A stretch of 64,000 nt of DNA from an uncultured Pseudomonadota bacterium (GCA_963756545.1 CAVWNY010000001.1:594080-658079), one strand, 5' to 3'; counted from the first letter of the stretch, positions 8,243-26,126 are shown. Numbers and translations: made by a program. The notes: a model not told the origin generated them from the sequence alone.

Positions 8243-8293
8243 TCCTCGGCCCCCTCCCCCGCCCCTTCCGCAAGGGAAGGGGAGGAGTCGAGG
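8243..8293. repeat. REP element, solo half-copy (C-rich stem with GCAA loop)
   Basis: cctcggccccctcccccgccccttccGCAAgggaaggggaggagtcgagg. It belongs to the same family as 14877-14978 and 49261-49350. Confidence 0.6.
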
Positions 8294-8415
8294 CGTGGGG
8301 CGCCCATACGAGCTGATCCGAGCGGCCGCCTCCGCAATCTTGATCGCCGGGGCGTTGCTGGGCACCCGTGGCTGCCCGACATCCCGGAGATCGTCCCAGG
8401 CCGAAGGAGGGCCGC

Positions 8416-10296
<1,881 letters not shown>

Positions 10297-10375
10297 TCAC
10301 GTCCTGTTGGATTGACGCGGGGCTCTCGGCGCGTTCGCTTGCCCCTAACGACAAAACCAGGGGAAGGAGACGCCC

Positions 10376-11564
10376 ATGCACGCGCACGCTCTCGCGCTGT
10401 CACGTCGCGGCCTGCTCGGCGGGGTCGCCGCGCTGGCGCCGGCCCTGGCCTGGGGCCAGGCTAAACCGCAACTTGGCGAGCCGCCCACGGTCATCAGCAG
10501 CCCGCCGCGCCAGTGGGGGCGCTTCGCGCCGCCGACAATCTACCCCGACCCCGACATCCTGGTGATCGACCCGTCGTTCAAGCAGTACCTGGTCGGGCTG
10601 ACGGCCATCCGCCGGCTCCACACCGGCTTTCAGTGGGCGGAGGGGCCGGCGTGGTCGGGCGAGGGGCAATACCTCGTGTTCAGCGACGTGAAGGGCAACA
10701 CGCAGTATCGGCATGTCTGGGAGAGCGGCCGGGTCTCGCCCTACCGCAAGCCGTCCTACAACAGCAACGGCAACTCCTTCGACTTCCAGGGCCGGCAGCT
10801 CTCGACGCAGGATTTCTTCCGCCGCGTCGTCCGCTGGGAGCCCGACGGCTCGATGACCGTCATCGCCGATCAGTTCGACGGCAAGCCGCTCAACTCGCCC
10901 AACGACCTCGTGCCGCATCCGGACGGCAGCATCTGGTTCACCGATCCGGCCTATGGCGATTCGATCACCGAGGGCCATCCGGACGTGGCGGGGGGCGAGG
11001 CGAACCCCGACGGCCTCTATGATGCCAACGTGGGCAATGGCGGCGTCGGGCTGATCTGGGGCGTGAAGCGCGAGCTGCCGACGAACACCTATCGCTGGGA
11101 CCCGAGCGGGCGATTGGACGTGGTGGCGCCGGCGAGCCAGGTGCCCGATCCCAACGGGATTCTGCTTCTCGCCCGACTACAAGTCGCTCTATCTCATCAG
11201 CACCGGCCCCGGACCCGGCGAGACGACCGGCGGCAAGGGGGTAATCTTCGTCTTCGACGTGCAGGGCCAGAAGCTCGCGAACATGCGCCAGTTCAGCGAT
11301 TGCATGGTGGACGGCGTGCATTGCGGCCCGGACGGGATGCGCGCGGACCGCGCGGGCAATCTCTGGGTCGGCTCCAACGCGCCGCTCGGTTACTCCGGTG
11401 TGACGGTGTGGAACCCGCAAGGCAAGCTGATCGGGCGCATCCGGCTGCCCGAGGTCTGTGCCAACCTGGCCTTCGGCGGTCCGAAGCGCGACTTCCTGTT
11501 CATGGCGGCGAGCCAGTCCTTGTACGGGCTGCTGCTCAACGTCCAAGGCGCGGCACCCGGCTGA
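10376..11564 (+). pseudogene. SMP-30/gluconolactonase/LRE-family protein (Tat signal) interrupted by a +1 frameshift
   Basis: It has a Tat-like signal, MHAHALALSRRGLLGGVAALAPALAWG. Lactonase-like sequence runs up to ...SQVPDPNGI and then continues in another frame: FSPDYKSLYLISTGPGPGETTGGKGVIFVFDVQGQKLANMRQF...LYGLLLNVQGAAPG* (includes track ORF 11259..11564). The switch is at ~11162-11166 (gggattCTGCttctcg). Confidence 0.75.
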
Positions 11565-11574
11565 GCGACCGGGC

Positions 11575-13416
11575 CTACGCCGCTTTTCGGGGCAATTCCG
11601 AAACCACCTGCTGCTTCAGCGCCTCGATCTGCGGCGTGTTCAAAGTTTCGGCTTCGAGCAATTCCTCCGCCGTGCGGTCAAGGAGGGCGCGATTGCGCTC
11701 CAATATCTTGACCGCACGGACGAAGCTCGATTCCACCAGCGTGCTGACCGATCCATCCACGGCGTTCGCGGTGGCGTCGCCGTAGGCCCGAGCCTCCGGC
11801 ATGGCCGGGACGCCCTGCAGGAAAGGCGAGCGATCGCGGTCATAGGCGACGTTTCCGAGCGCCTCGCTCATGCCATAGCGGAGCACCATCGCGCGGGCGA
11901 TGTCCGTGACACGGGCCAGATCATCCGCTGCGCCGGTGGAAATCTCGCCGAACACGACGTGTTCCGCCGCGCGGCCGCCCAGCAGCACTGCCATCTTGTT
12001 AGCCAGTTCCGTCTTGGTCATCAGGTAGCGATCCTCGGTCGGGCGCTGGATCGTGTAGCCAAGCGCCCCGATCCCACGGGGAATGATCGACACCTTATGC
12101 ACGGTCTCGGTGCCGGGAAGCGCGAGCGAGACGAGGACGTGGCCGAGTTCGTGGAAGGCCACGACCCGGCGCTCGTGCGCATTGATCAGGCGGTTGCGCT
12201 TTTCGAGACCGGCGACGACACGCTCGATGGCGTTGTTGAAATCAACCATGGCCACGGCTTCACCACGGCGGCGCGTGGCGAGCAGCGTCGCCTCGTTGAC
12301 CAGGTTGGCGAGATCGGCTCCCGTGAGTCCCGGCGTCAGTGCGGCGATCTCCTCCGGGTTCACATCGACGTCGAGCTTCACCTTCCTCAGATAGATGGCG
12401 AGGATTTGCTCGCGGCCCTTCTTGTCCGGCCGGTCCACCAGCACCTGGCGGTCGAACCGACCGGCGCGCAGCAGCGCCGGGTCGAGCACCTCCGGACGGT
12501 TGGTGGCGGCCAGCAGCACTATGCCCCCCTTCGGATCGAAGCCGTCGAGTTCGGCAAGCAGCTGGTTCAGCGTCTGCTCCTTCTCATCATGTCCGGCAAT
12601 TCCGTAGGCTCCGCGGGCGCGGCCCAGGGAATCGAGCTCGTCGATGAAGACGATGGCCGGCGCCATCTTGCGCGCCTGCTCGAACAGGTCGCGCACGCGG
12701 GCGGCGCCGACACCGACGAACATCTCGACAAACTCCGAACCCGAGATGGAGAAGAACGGCACGCCGGCTTCGCCCGCCACCGCGCGCGCCAGCAGCGTCT
12801 TGCCCGTGCCCGGCGGGCCGACCAGCAGGATGCCCTTCGGCGCGCGGCCGCCGAGCCGGCTGTACTCTTCAGGGTTCTTCAGGAAGTTGACGATCTCGAC
12901 TAACTCGTCCTTGGCTTCGTCCACGCCGGCCACATCGGCGAACGTAACGTTCGTCGACTTCTCCACGAAGACTTTGGCGCGGCTCTTGCCGATCGCCATC
13001 ATGCCGCCTCCGAGGCCGCCCTGGCCCATGCGTCGGATGAGGAACATCCAGATTCCGACAAAGACCAGCGTCGGCAGGATCCAGGACAGGACATTGCCGA
13101 GCCAGTTGCTCTCGATCACCCCCGCATAGACGACGTTGTGCTTGTCTAATTTGTCCGCCAGGTCGGGCTCGACGCGCGTCGTCACGAAATCCGTCGACCC
13201 GTCCGGCAAGGGCTCCTTGAGCGTGCCGCGAATGCGGTTCTGGGTGATCGCGACCTCGGCGACCTTGTCCTCTTCGAGCAGGTTTTGGAACTGGCTGTAC
13301 GGGATCGGCTTGGGCGCGGTATTCCGGACGTACGCGTTGTGCAGGAACAACAGGCCGAGTACCGCCGCGATCACGTACCAGAAGTTGATATGCGCCTTCT
13401 TGTCCATGGCGGGCAT
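11575..13416 (-). CDS. ftsH: ATP-dependent zinc metalloprotease FtsH (paralog 2)
   Basis: 613 aa. It has an N-terminal [39 protein letters not shown] and HELGHV. It is highly similar to paralog 1 across the AAA+/M41 core. Confidence 0.9.
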   Translation of the reverse strand: MPAMDKKAHINFWYVIAAVLGLLFLHNAYVRNTAPKPIPYSQFQNLLEEDKVAEVAITQNRIRGTLKEPLPDGSTDFVTTRVEPDLADKLDKHNVVYAGVIESNWLGNVLSWILPTLVFVGIWMFLIRRMGQGGLGGGMMAIGKSRAKVFVEKSTNVTFADVAGVDEAKDELVEIVNFLKNPEEYSRLGGRAPKGILLVGPPGTGKTLLARAVAGEAGVPFFSISGSEFVEMFVGVGAARVRDLFEQARKMAPAIVFIDELDSLGRARGAYGIAGHDEKEQTLNQLLAELDGFDPKGGIVLLAATNRPEVLDPALLRAGRFDRQVLVDRPDKKGREQILAIYLRKVKLDVDVNPEEIAALTPGLTGADLANLVNEATLLATRRRGEAVAMVDFNNAIERVVAGLEKRNRLINAHERRVVAFHELGHVLVSLALPGTETVHKVSIIPRGIGALGYTIQRPTEDRYLMTKTELANKMAVLLGGRAAEHVVFGEISTGAADDLARVTDIARAMVLRYGMSEALGNVAYDRDRSPFLQGVPAMPEARAYGDATANAVDGSVSTLVESSFVRAVKILERNRALLDRTAEELLEAETLNTPQIEALKQQVVSELPRKAA

Positions 13417-13438
13417 CCCTGCTGCGACTGCGCGGCGC

Positions 13439-13843
13439 CTATTTCGGTTCCAGCACGAGCTGCGTCTGCACCACGAGCGCGACCAGCCGGCCCTCGGCCG
13501 ATGTGACGCGGGTCTGCCAGACCATGGTGCGCCGGCCGCGATGCAGGGGCACGGCCTCGCCTATTATCGTCGTGCCGACCGGGGCGGGGCCGATGAAGTT
13601 GGTCTTGCTCTCGATCGTGGTGGTGCCGGCGCCATCCGGCAGGTTCAGGATCGTGCCCATCGCCCCGAGCGTGTCGGCGAAGGCCATGACGGCGCCGCCG
13701 TGCAGGACGGCCGGGACGGTGCACAGGTCCGGGCGAACCTCCATCGTGGCTGAGACCCGGTCCCGGTCGGCGGCGGTGAAGGCAATGCCGAGCAACTCGG
13801 CGAAGGGCAGTCTGTGCTGGGCGACGGTGGCGAGCATGTCCAT
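13439..13843 (-). CDS. PaaI-family (hotdog-fold) thioesterase
   Basis: ATG 13843 follows GAGGGGA (track TTG 13858). LHGGAVMAFADTLG and the ~135-aa length fit the PaaI/YbgC-type hotdog family. Confidence 0.75.
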   Translation of the reverse strand: MDMLATVAQHRLPFAELLGIAFTAADRDRVSATMEVRPDLCTVPAVLHGGAVMAFADTLGAMGTILNLPDGAGTTTIESKTNFIGPAPVGTTIIGEAVPLHRGRRTMVWQTRVTSAEGRLVALVVQTQLVLEPK

Positions 13844-13854
13844 GGCTGGTCCCC

Positions 13855-14838
13855 TCAACCGCGGCGCCGCGCGGCCATCTCAGCGGCCAAACGGAGCGCC
13901 GCGATCAGGCTGGACGGGTCGGCGACGCCGGTTCCCGCGATGTCGAAGGCCGTCCCGTGGTCGGGCGAGGTCCGCACGATCGGAAGGCCCAGCGTGACGT
14001 TCACGCCCTGGCGCATGTCGAGCGTCTTGAGCGGGATCAGCGCCTGGTCGTGGTACATGCAGATCGCGGCGTCGTAGCGCGCCCGTGCGGCTTCGGTGAA
14101 CATGGTGTCGGGCGGCCACGGGCCGGCGACATCGAGGCCCCCGGCGCGCAACGCGGCGATCGCCGGCTCGATGATTGTCGCCTCCTCCTGGCCGAGCGCG
14201 CCGTCCTCGCCCGCATGCGGGTTGAGGCCGGCGACGGCGAGGCGCGGGCGCGGCAGTCCGAAGTCGCGGCGGAGCGCGGCGTGCGTGGTGCGGGCGGCCG
14301 CAATGATCGCCTCGGTGGTCAGCATCTCCAGCGCGCGCCGCAGCGGGACATGCACCGTGACCGGCACGACGCGCAAATCGGGGCTCGCCAGCATCATGAC
14401 CTCGCGGCCGGCCACGCCCGTCAGCGACGCGAGAAACTCGGTATGGCCCGGAAAGCCGAAGCCGGCGCCGTACAGCACCGCCTTGCTGATCGGGTTGGTG
14501 ACGACGGCGCTCGCCTCGCCCGCCTGGGCGAGCCGTGTGGCCCGCTCGATGGCGGCGATGATCACCGGTGCGTTCGCTTGATCCGGCCGCCCCGGCCGCG
14601 CCGGCGCCGCCAGTCGGATCGGCAGCACCGGGAGCGCGTCGGGAAAGGCGGCGGACGCGGAGGCGATGTCGGCGATCTCGACGATCGGGGTATCCAGCCG
14701 CAACGCCCGCGCGAGCGCTCGCAGCCGGTCGGGGTCGTCCAGCAGGACGAAGCACGGCGCCCTGGCTTGCCAGGCGCGGAGGGAAAGCTCGCCGCCGATG
14801 CCGGCGGGGTCGCCCATCGTGAGTGCGAGCGGTGTCAT
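13855..14838 (-). CDS. pdxA: 4-hydroxythreonine-4-phosphate dehydrogenase PdxA
   Basis: 327 aa. It has the N-terminal [32 protein letters not shown] and [12 protein letters not shown] motifs. Confidence 0.9.
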   Translation of the reverse strand: MTPLALTMGDPAGIGGELSLRAWQARAPCFVLLDDPDRLRALARALRLDTPIVEIADIASASAAFPDALPVLPIRLAAPARPGRPDQANAPVIIAAIERATRLAQAGEASAVVTNPISKAVLYGAGFGFPGHTEFLASLTGVAGREVMMLASPDLRVVPVTVHVPLRRALEMLTTEAIIAAARTTHAALRRDFGLPRPRLAVAGLNPHAGEDGALGQEEATIIEPAIAALRAGGLDVAGPWPPDTMFTEAARARYDAAICMYHDQALIPLKTLDMRQGVNVTLGLPIVRTSPDHGTAFDIAGTGVADPSSLIAALRLAAEMAARRRG

Positions 14839-14876
14839 CGCTGTGGTCCTGACCGTTGGGCGCTCCCTACCGCGCT

Positions 14877-14978
14877 CGACCCCTCCCCCGCCCCCTCCCG
14901 CAAGGGGAGGGGAGGAGGAAGAAAGCGCCGCGCTTTCTGCTCCCCCTCCCCTTGCGGGAGGGGGTCGGGGGGAGGGGC
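14877..14978. repeat. REP element, full nested palindrome (~100 nt)
   Basis: cgacccctcccccgccccctcccGCAAggggaggggaggaggaagaaagcgcc|gcgctttctgctccccctccccTTGCgggagggggtcggggggagggg. The ~48-nt arms are reverse complements of each other, and each arm contains its own hairpin. Confidence 0.8.
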
Positions 14979-15006
14979 CGGCGGAAAGGGCGTGGGAATC
15001 ACATTG

Positions 15007-16398
15007 CTACATGTGCAGCGCGCGCCCCGCGACCGCCAGCGCGGCCTCCTTCACGGCCTCGTTCAGCGTCGGGTGGGCGTGACAGGTGCGGGCGACGTCC
15101 TCGGCGGCGGCGTCGAACTCCATCGCGGTCGCAAGCTCGGCGATCAGCGTGCCGGCGTCGGGGCCGATGATGTGGGCGCCCAGGATGCGATCGGTCGTCG
15201 CGTCGGCGAGGATCTTCACGAAGCCGTCCGTGTCGCCCATCGCGCGGGCGCGGCCGTTGGCGGTGAAGGGGAACTTGCCGATCCGGTAGGCAATCCCGGC
15301 GGCCTTCAGTTCCTCCTCGGTCTGGCCCACGGCGGCGACCTCGGGCCAAGTGTAGACCACGCCGGGAATCACGGCGTAGTTGACGTGACCGGCCTGCCCG
15401 GCCAGCCGCTCGGCCACGGCGACGCCCTCCTCCTCGGCCTTGTGGGCCAGCATCGGGCCGGCGATCACGTCGCCGATCGCGTGGATGCCGGGCACGTTCG
15501 TCGCCCAGTGCGCGTCGGTTTTGACCCGCCCGCGCTCGTCCAGGCCCACGCCGACCGCCTCCAGCCCCAGCCCTTCCGTGTTGGGGCGGCGGCCGACGGC
15601 GACCAGCACCACGTCGGCCACGACCTCCTCGGACGGACCGCCGCGATCGGGCTCCAGCGTCAGAATCACGCCCGCGTTGGTCACGCGCGCGCCGGCGACC
15701 TTGGTGCGGAGGCGGAATTTGAGCCCCTGCTTGCGCAGGATGCGCTCGAACGCCTTGGCGATCTCGGCATCCATCGTGGGGACGATGCGCTCCATGAACT
15801 CGATCACGGTCACCTCGGCGCCGAGCCGGCGCCAGACGCTGCCGAGTTCAAGCCCGATATAGCCGCCCCCGACGACGGCGATCCGCTTCGGAATTTCGGG
15901 CAATGCGAGCGCGCCGGTGGAGGTGACGATGCGCTGCTCGTCGATGTCGAGGCCGGGCAGGTTCACGCTTTCGCTGCCGGTTGCGATGACGATGTTTTTC
16001 GCGGAGTACGTTGTCCCGTCCACCTCCACCGTCCCCGGCGCGGCGATGCGTGCGATGCCCTTGAGCCAGGTGATCTTGTTCTTGCGGAACAGGAATTCGA
16101 CGCCCTTTACGTTGGCCGACACGACCTCGTCCTTGCGCGCCATCATGCGGCCGAGGTCGAGGCTGACCGATCCCACGTCGATGCCGTGCGCGGCGAAGTC
16201 CTGGGTCGCCGCGACGTAGTTCTCCGACGATTGCAGCAGAGCCTTGGACGGGATGCAGCCGATGTTGAGGCAGGTGCCGCCCAGGGTGGCGCGCTTCTCC
16301 ACGCAGGCGACCTTCAAGCCGAGCTGCGCGGCGCGCAGCGCGCACACGTAGCCACCGGGGCCGGCGCCGATGACGATGAGGTCGAACGAGTCGCTCAC
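15007..16398 (-). CDS. lpdA: dihydrolipoyl dehydrogenase (E3)
   Basis: GTG 16398 ([17 protein letters not shown]) overlaps the upstream stop as GTGA. It carries the redox disulfide [10 protein letters not shown]. Length is 463 aa. The track ORF extends to 16497. Confidence 0.9.
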   Translation of the reverse strand: MSDSFDLIVIGAGPGGYVCALRAAQLGLKVACVEKRATLGGTCLNIGCIPSKALLQSSENYVAATQDFAAHGIDVGSVSLDLGRMMARKDEVVSANVKGVEFLFRKNKITWLKGIARIAAPGTVEVDGTTYSAKNIVIATGSESVNLPGLDIDEQRIVTSTGALALPEIPKRIAVVGGGYIGLELGSVWRRLGAEVTVIEFMERIVPTMDAEIAKAFERILRKQGLKFRLRTKVAGARVTNAGVILTLEPDRGGPSEEVVADVVLVAVGRRPNTEGLGLEAVGVGLDERGRVKTDAHWATNVPGIHAIGDVIAGPMLAHKAEEEGVAVAERLAGQAGHVNYAVIPGVVYTWPEVAAVGQTEEELKAAGIAYRIGKFPFTANGRARAMGDTDGFVKILADATTDRILGAHIIGPDAGTLIAELATAMEFDAAAEDVARTCHAHPTLNEAVKEAALAVAGRALHM

Positions 16399-16742
16399 GG
16401 AGACCCGTGCATGGCGCGGGAGATCAAGGGGAGATACGCGGCACCCAGGGCAACGGAGGCGACCACCAGAGCGAACAGGGTGATGCCCACGGTCCACATG
16501 GCGCCTATGCTTGGCTTCCCTGCCAAGCCGACCCGCATCTCTCCGCGAAGCTGCTCCATTTTCATGTCAATGTCGCCCCGCAGCTTCTCGAGATCGGCCT
16601 TGGTGGCAAGGTGCGTCATCTGGGCGAGGATGGAGATGATCATGGGTTCCAGACGGCCAAGCGCAGCCTTCATCTCACGGCTGTCCTGCTCAAGCCTCTC
16701 GACCCGCGCCTCCATGCCAGGATCATGCATCGGCTGATCCAT
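16395..16742 (-). CDS. hypothetical tail-anchored coiled-coil membrane protein
   Basis: 115-aa ORF that exactly fills the sucB-lpdA gap. It has a heptad-like N-terminal half ([20 protein letters not shown]...[19 protein letters not shown]) and a single C-terminal TM ([25 protein letters not shown]). Its stop overlaps the lpdA GTG. Confidence 0.5.
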   Translation of the reverse strand: MDQPMHDPGMEARVERLEQDSREMKAALGRLEPMIISILAQMTHLATKADLEKLRGDIDMKMEQLRGEMRVGLAGKPSIGAMWTVGITLFALVVASVALGAAYLPLISRAMHGSP

Positions 16743-16744
16743 GC

Positions 16745-18079
16745 CTACAAATCCAGTAGCAGCCGGCGCGGATCCTCGACGCCCTCCTTCACCCGCACCA
16801 GGAACGACACCGCCTCGCTGCCATCCACGATGCGATGGTCGTAGCTCAGCGCGAGGTACATCATCGGCCGCACCTCCACCTTGCCGCCGATCGCCACCGG
16901 ACGGTCCTGGATCTTGTGCATACCGAGGATGGCCGACTGCGGCGGGTTGAGGATCGGCGTGGACATCAGCGAGCCGTAGACGCCGCCATTGGTGATGCTG
17001 AACGTGCCGCCGGCCAGCTCGTCGAGCTTCAGCGCCCCATCGCGGGCGCGGCGGCCGAAATCGGCGACAGCGCGTTCGATCTCGGCCAGCCCCATGCCGT
17101 CGGCGTCGCGGATCACCGGCACCACCAGGCCGTTCGCGCCGCCGACGGCGATGCCCATGTGGACGAAGTTCTTGTAGACGATCTCGTCGCCGTCGATCTC
17201 GGCGTTGACGGCGGGAAACTCCTTGAGGGCCGACACGCAGGCGCGCACGAAGAAGCCCATGAAGCCCAGGCGCATGCCGTGCTTCTTCTCGAATGCCTCG
17301 CGGTACTCGCGGCGAAGCGCCATCACCGCCGTCATGTCCACCTCGTTGAAGGTGGTGAGCATCGCCGCGGTGTTCTGCGCCTCCTTCAGCCGCGCGGCGA
17401 TGGTGCGGCGCAGCCGCGTCATCCGCACGCGCTCTTCGCGCGGGTCGGTTTCGCGCGCTGGCTTCGGCGCGGGGGGCGTCGGCTGCGGCGCGGGCCGGTT
17501 CAGGAAGGCGAGCACGTCGCCCTTGGTTATGCGGCCTTCCTTGCCGCTGCCCGCGTCAAGGTCGGCGGCGGTCAGATGCTGCTCTTCCATCAGCTTGGCG
17601 GCCGACGGCATCGGCGGATGGGCGGCGATCTCGCCCGGCGGTGCGGCGGGACGGGCCACCGGACCCAGCGGGCGCGGCGGCGGATTGATGCCGGGCGGCG
17701 GGTTGGCGGCGGCGCGCAATCGCGGCGACTGCGGCGCGCTAGCCGGCGCGGCCGCTGGGCGGGGCTGCGCGGCAGGGACAGGAGCGGGCTTGGCGGGCGC
17801 AGGCGCGGCCTTGGCGACCGGCGCTGCCGTGGCGCTCGCCCCCGCGTCCAGCAGGCCGAGCGTCGCGCCCACCGCTACCTCGGCGCCCTCGTCGGCGCTG
17901 ATCATGGACAGCACGCCCGCCTCGGGCGCGTTCACCTCGACCGTCACCTTGTCGGTTTCCAGCTCAACCAGCGGCTCGTCGGCGGCGACCGCCTCGCCCG
18001 CGTGCTTGAGCCAGCGCGCGACGGTGGCCGAGGTGACGCTCTCGCCCAGCGCTGGCACCTTGATCTCGGTTGCCATCAT
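16745..18079 (-). CDS. sucB: 2-oxoglutarate dehydrogenase E2, dihydrolipoyllysine-residue succinyltransferase
   Basis: ATG 18079 follows GAGGGA. It has the lipoyl motif [12 protein letters not shown], an Ala/Pro linker and the catalytic DHRIVDG. Length is 444 aa. The track ORF is over-extended to 18868. Confidence 0.9.
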   Translation of the reverse strand: MMATEIKVPALGESVTSATVARWLKHAGEAVAADEPLVELETDKVTVEVNAPEAGVLSMISADEGAEVAVGATLGLLDAGASATAAPVAKAAPAPAKPAPVPAAQPRPAAAPASAPQSPRLRAAANPPPGINPPPRPLGPVARPAAPPGEIAAHPPMPSAAKLMEEQHLTAADLDAGSGKEGRITKGDVLAFLNRPAPQPTPPAPKPARETDPREERVRMTRLRRTIAARLKEAQNTAAMLTTFNEVDMTAVMALRREYREAFEKKHGMRLGFMGFFVRACVSALKEFPAVNAEIDGDEIVYKNFVHMGIAVGGANGLVVPVIRDADGMGLAEIERAVADFGRRARDGALKLDELAGGTFSITNGGVYGSLMSTPILNPPQSAILGMHKIQDRPVAIGGKVEVRPMMYLALSYDHRIVDGSEAVSFLVRVKEGVEDPRRLLLDL

Positions 18080-18087
18080 CGGTCCCT

Positions 18088-20934
<2,847 letters not shown>

Positions 20935-21095
20935 GTCCGTTGCCTTCCCATGTATTCAACCCACGCGCAAACCCGCCGCCGGCGAGGGCGGGCGGCTCGC
21001 GCGGTAGATAGTGCGAGTGCCCTGGTTACGAGAGTCTGACGAACAACGCGCTGGGTTGCCGCTTGCGCATGAGCGGGCCTTCGCGGACCTACAAA

Positions 21096-21509
21096 CTACG
21101 GCTGTTCGGTGGCAGGTCGAATGTCGGTCTTGCCGAAATCCTCCCCCTTGAACAGAAGGGACACGCCATGATTCTTCGCCACCGCATAGGCGAAGCAGTC
21201 TCCCAGATTGAGCTTGGCCGGGTGCCCGCGGCCTTTGCCGTACCGCGAAAATGCTTCGAGCGCCGTTTCCGCCTCCTTCCCGGTGACCGCGACGGTGCCG
21301 ACGCCGGCCGTCCTGAGGAATTGCTGAACGTCCCCTTGGGCCTCCGTTATGCTTGCATGGCGTTTGCGGCAAACGCCCAGGGTCGCCTCGAAGACGGCAA
21401 TCGGCGACGTGATCGGCGCGGGAGCATCGTCAAGCACATCGGTGAGCGCGTCGGCCTCGGGCTCGCGGGTCAGGATGGCCACGATGGCGGATGCATCGAC
21501 GAACATCAC
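21096..21509 (-). CDS. vapC: type II toxin, PIN-domain ribonuclease VapC/FitB-like
   Basis: 137 aa. It has the N-terminal MFVDASAIVAIL acidic PIN motif and LNLGDCFAYAVA. Its start overlaps the antitoxin stop by 4 nt. Confidence 0.8.
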   Translation of the reverse strand: MMFVDASAIVAILTREPEADALTDVLDDAPAPITSPIAVFEATLGVCRKRHASITEAQGDVQQFLRTAGVGTVAVTGKEAETALEAFSRYGKGRGHPAKLNLGDCFAYAVAKNHGVSLLFKGEDFGKTDIRPATEQP

Positions 21510-21745
21510 TGCTCACCGCTGAGGGCGTCGTAGAAGGCCTTATCCGCCTCTTGTCCCGTTGCGGGCCGGCTCAGGACGCGGTCTTGCAGCGGGCGAAGCC
21601 GCTCCCGCAGCGGCAATGCCTCGTCGAGGCGCCGCAGTTCGTTCTCCAGCGCCAGCCTCACCGCATCGGTCTTGCTGGTCTGTTTTCGGGCCGCCAGCTT
21701 TTCGGCCAGACGGTTGACGACTTCGCTCCGGATGTTGAGCGGCAT
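21506..21745 (-). CDS. vapB: type II antitoxin VapB (Rv0623/PSK-type)
   Basis: ATG 21745 gives MPLNIRSEVVNRLAEKLAARKQTSKTDAVRLALENELRR (79 aa), typical of antitoxins partnered with PIN toxins. The track ORF starts further upstream. Confidence 0.7.
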   Translation of the reverse strand: MPLNIRSEVVNRLAEKLAARKQTSKTDAVRLALENELRRLDEALPLRERLRPLQDRVLSRPATGQEADKAFYDALSGEQ

Positions 21746-21979
21746 GACTCTGTGTTGGCGTATGGGCGATGGTGTGTTTACGCGAAGGCATCTCCCCATG
21801 CAAGGCGTGAGTAGGGACAACCGACCGCTCTACGACGACCGCTTCCCACGCCGGTCGGCGCAGGCCGACCATCCACGACTAGTGGGGGTCCCGAAGTCGT
21901 GGATGCTCGCATACGCGAACATGAGGGGTAGGGACGTTCCGGACATAAAGGTCGTTGGTATTGCACCTCGGCCGCCAGC

Positions 21980-22855
21980 CTAACCCCGCAGCACCCCGAC
22001 CAACGTGCTCCCCAACCCCGCCGGGCTCTCGGCCACGTAAACCCCCGCCGCTCGCAGCGCCTCCATCTTCGCCGCCGCCGTGTCACGCCCGCCGCTGATG
22101 ACCGCGCCGGCGTGGCCCATGCGGCGGCCGGCGGGCGCGGTCGCGCCGGCGATGAAGCCGACGACGGGCTTCTTCACGTTGGTCCGCGCCAGGAACTCGG
22201 CCGCCTCGATCTCGCTTTGGCCGCCGATCTCGCCGATCATGACGATCTGCTTCGTCTCCTCGTCGGCGAGGAACATCTCCAGCACCTCCACGAAGTCGGT
22301 GCCCTTCACCGGGTCGCCGCCGATGCCGACGCAACTGCTCTGTCCCAGCCCCGCCGCCGTGGTCTGCGCGACCGCCTCGTAGGTGAGCGTGCCGGAGCGC
22401 GAGACGATGCCCACCGACCCCCGCCTATGGATATGGCCCGGCATGATGCCGATCTTGCAGGCGTCGGGCGTGATCACGCCGGGACAGTTCGGGCCGATGA
22501 GGCGCGAGGCCGATCCGCTCAGCGCCCGCTTGACCCGCACCATGTCGAGCACGGGAATGCCTTCGGTGATGCACACGATCAGCGGAATCCCGGCGTCGAT
22601 CGCTTCCAGGATGGCGTCGGCCGCGAAGGCCGGCGGAACGTAGATGCCGGTCGCGGTGGCGCCCGTTGCCTCGCGCGCCTCGGCCACGGTGTCGAACACC
22701 GGCAGGTCGAGGTGCTTCCCCCCGCCCTTGCCGGGGGTGACGCCGCCCATGACCTTGGTTCCGTAGGCGATCGCCTGCTCGGAGTGGAACGTGCCCTGGG
22801 CGCCGGTGAAGCCCTGGGTGATCACGCGCGTATTGGCATCGACCAGGACCGCCAT
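21980..22855 (-). CDS. sucD: succinate--CoA ligase subunit alpha
   Basis: 291 aa. It has VITQGFTG and the phosphohistidine loop [12 protein letters not shown]. Confidence 0.95.
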   Translation of the reverse strand: MAVLVDANTRVITQGFTGAQGTFHSEQAIAYGTKVMGGVTPGKGGGKHLDLPVFDTVAEAREATGATATGIYVPPAFAADAILEAIDAGIPLIVCITEGIPVLDMVRVKRALSGSASRLIGPNCPGVITPDACKIGIMPGHIHRRGSVGIVSRSGTLTYEAVAQTTAAGLGQSSCVGIGGDPVKGTDFVEVLEMFLADEETKQIVMIGEIGGQSEIEAAEFLARTNVKKPVVGFIAGATAPAGRRMGHAGAVISGGRDTAAAKMEALRAAGVYVAESPAGLGSTLVGVLRG

Positions 22856-24051
22856 CAGGCAGCCTCCGCCACGGCCTTGACCACCTTCTGGGCAGCGTCG
22901 GCCAGATTGTCGGCGGCGATGATCGGCAAGCCGGATTTCGCGAGGATTTCCTTGCCGAGATCGACGTTGGTGCCCTCCAGCCGCACCACCAAGGGCACCG
23001 AGAGCTTCACCTCGCGTGCCGCGGCCACCACGCCCTCGGCGATCACGTCGCAGCGCATGATGCCACCGAAGATGTTGACCAGGATGCCCTCCACGTTCGG
23101 GTCCGACAGGATGATCTTGAACGCCGCCGTCACCCGCTCCTTGGTGGCGCCGCCGCCGACGTCGAGGAAGTTGGCGGGTGCCGAGCCGTACAGCTTGATG
23201 ATGTCCATGGTCGCCATCGCGAGGCCCGCGCCGTTGACCATGCAGCCGATGGTGCCGTCCAAGGCCACGTAGTTGAGCCCGTGGCGGCCGGCCTCCAGCT
23301 CCTTCGGGTCTTCCTCGGACTCGTCGCGCAGCTTCTCCAGTTCGGGATGGCGGAACAGGGCGCTGTCGTCGAAGCTCACCTTGGTGTCGAGCGCCACCAC
23401 GTCACCCGCGCCGGTCACGACCAGCGGGTTGATCTCGACAATCGCGCAGTCGAGGCCGACGAAGGCGCGGTACATCGCATCGACGAAGCGGCCGAACGGG
23501 CCGATCTGCTTGCCCTTCAGCCCCAGCCCGAAAGCCAGGCGGCGCGCGTGGAATCCCTGGATGCCGGCCGCCGGATCGACGGTGACACGCATGATCTTCT
23601 CGGGGTTGCGCGCCGCGACCTCCTCGATCTCCATGCCGCCCTCGGAGGACGCCATGAGCATGATCCGCCCCGACCCGCGATCGACCAGCAGCGAGAGATA
23701 AAGCTCGCGCGCGATGTCGCAGCCCGCCTCGACATAGATCCGATGCACCTTGCGCCCGGCAGGGCCAGTCTGCTTGGTGACGAGGACGTGCCCGATGATC
23801 GCCTCGGCCGCCGCCCGCGCCTCCTCGACGGAGCGGGTGACGCGCACGCCGCCTTTTCCGTCCGGATCATCGGCAAACCGGCCGGCGCCGCGGCCGCCGG
23901 CGTGGATCTGCGATTTCACCACGAACACCGGGCCGGGGAGCTTCCGCGCCGCCGCGGCCGCCTCATCGGGGGTCCAGGCGACGTGTCCTTCCGGGACCGC
24001 CACGCCGTAGCCGCGCAGGAGGTCCTTCGCCTGGTATTCGTGAATGTTCAT
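22855..24051 (-). CDS. sucC: ADP-forming succinate--CoA ligase subunit beta
   Basis: 398 aa. It starts [12 protein letters not shown]. Its stop overlaps the sucD start by 1 nt. Confidence 0.95.
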   Translation of the reverse strand: MNIHEYQAKDLLRGYGVAVPEGHVAWTPDEAAAAARKLPGPVFVVKSQIHAGGRGAGRFADDPDGKGGVRVTRSVEEARAAAEAIIGHVLVTKQTGPAGRKVHRIYVEAGCDIARELYLSLLVDRGSGRIMLMASSEGGMEIEEVAARNPEKIMRVTVDPAAGIQGFHARRLAFGLGLKGKQIGPFGRFVDAMYRAFVGLDCAIVEINPLVVTGAGDVVALDTKVSFDDSALFRHPELEKLRDESEEDPKELEAGRHGLNYVALDGTIGCMVNGAGLAMATMDIIKLYGSAPANFLDVGGGATKERVTAAFKIILSDPNVEGILVNIFGGIMRCDVIAEGVVAAAREVKLSVPLVVRLEGTNVDLGKEILAKSGLPIIAADNLADAAQKVVKAVAEAA

Positions 24052-24052
24052 T

Positions 24053-26125
<2,073 letters not shown>

Positions 26126-26126
26126 G

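Noticed and set aside
13957-16737. 926-aa plus-strand ORF spanning pdxA, a REP element and lpdA.
   Set aside because: It is antisense to two well-supported genes, and it reads straight through a palindromic intergenic repeat. The sequence is low-complexity and R/G/D/A-rich.
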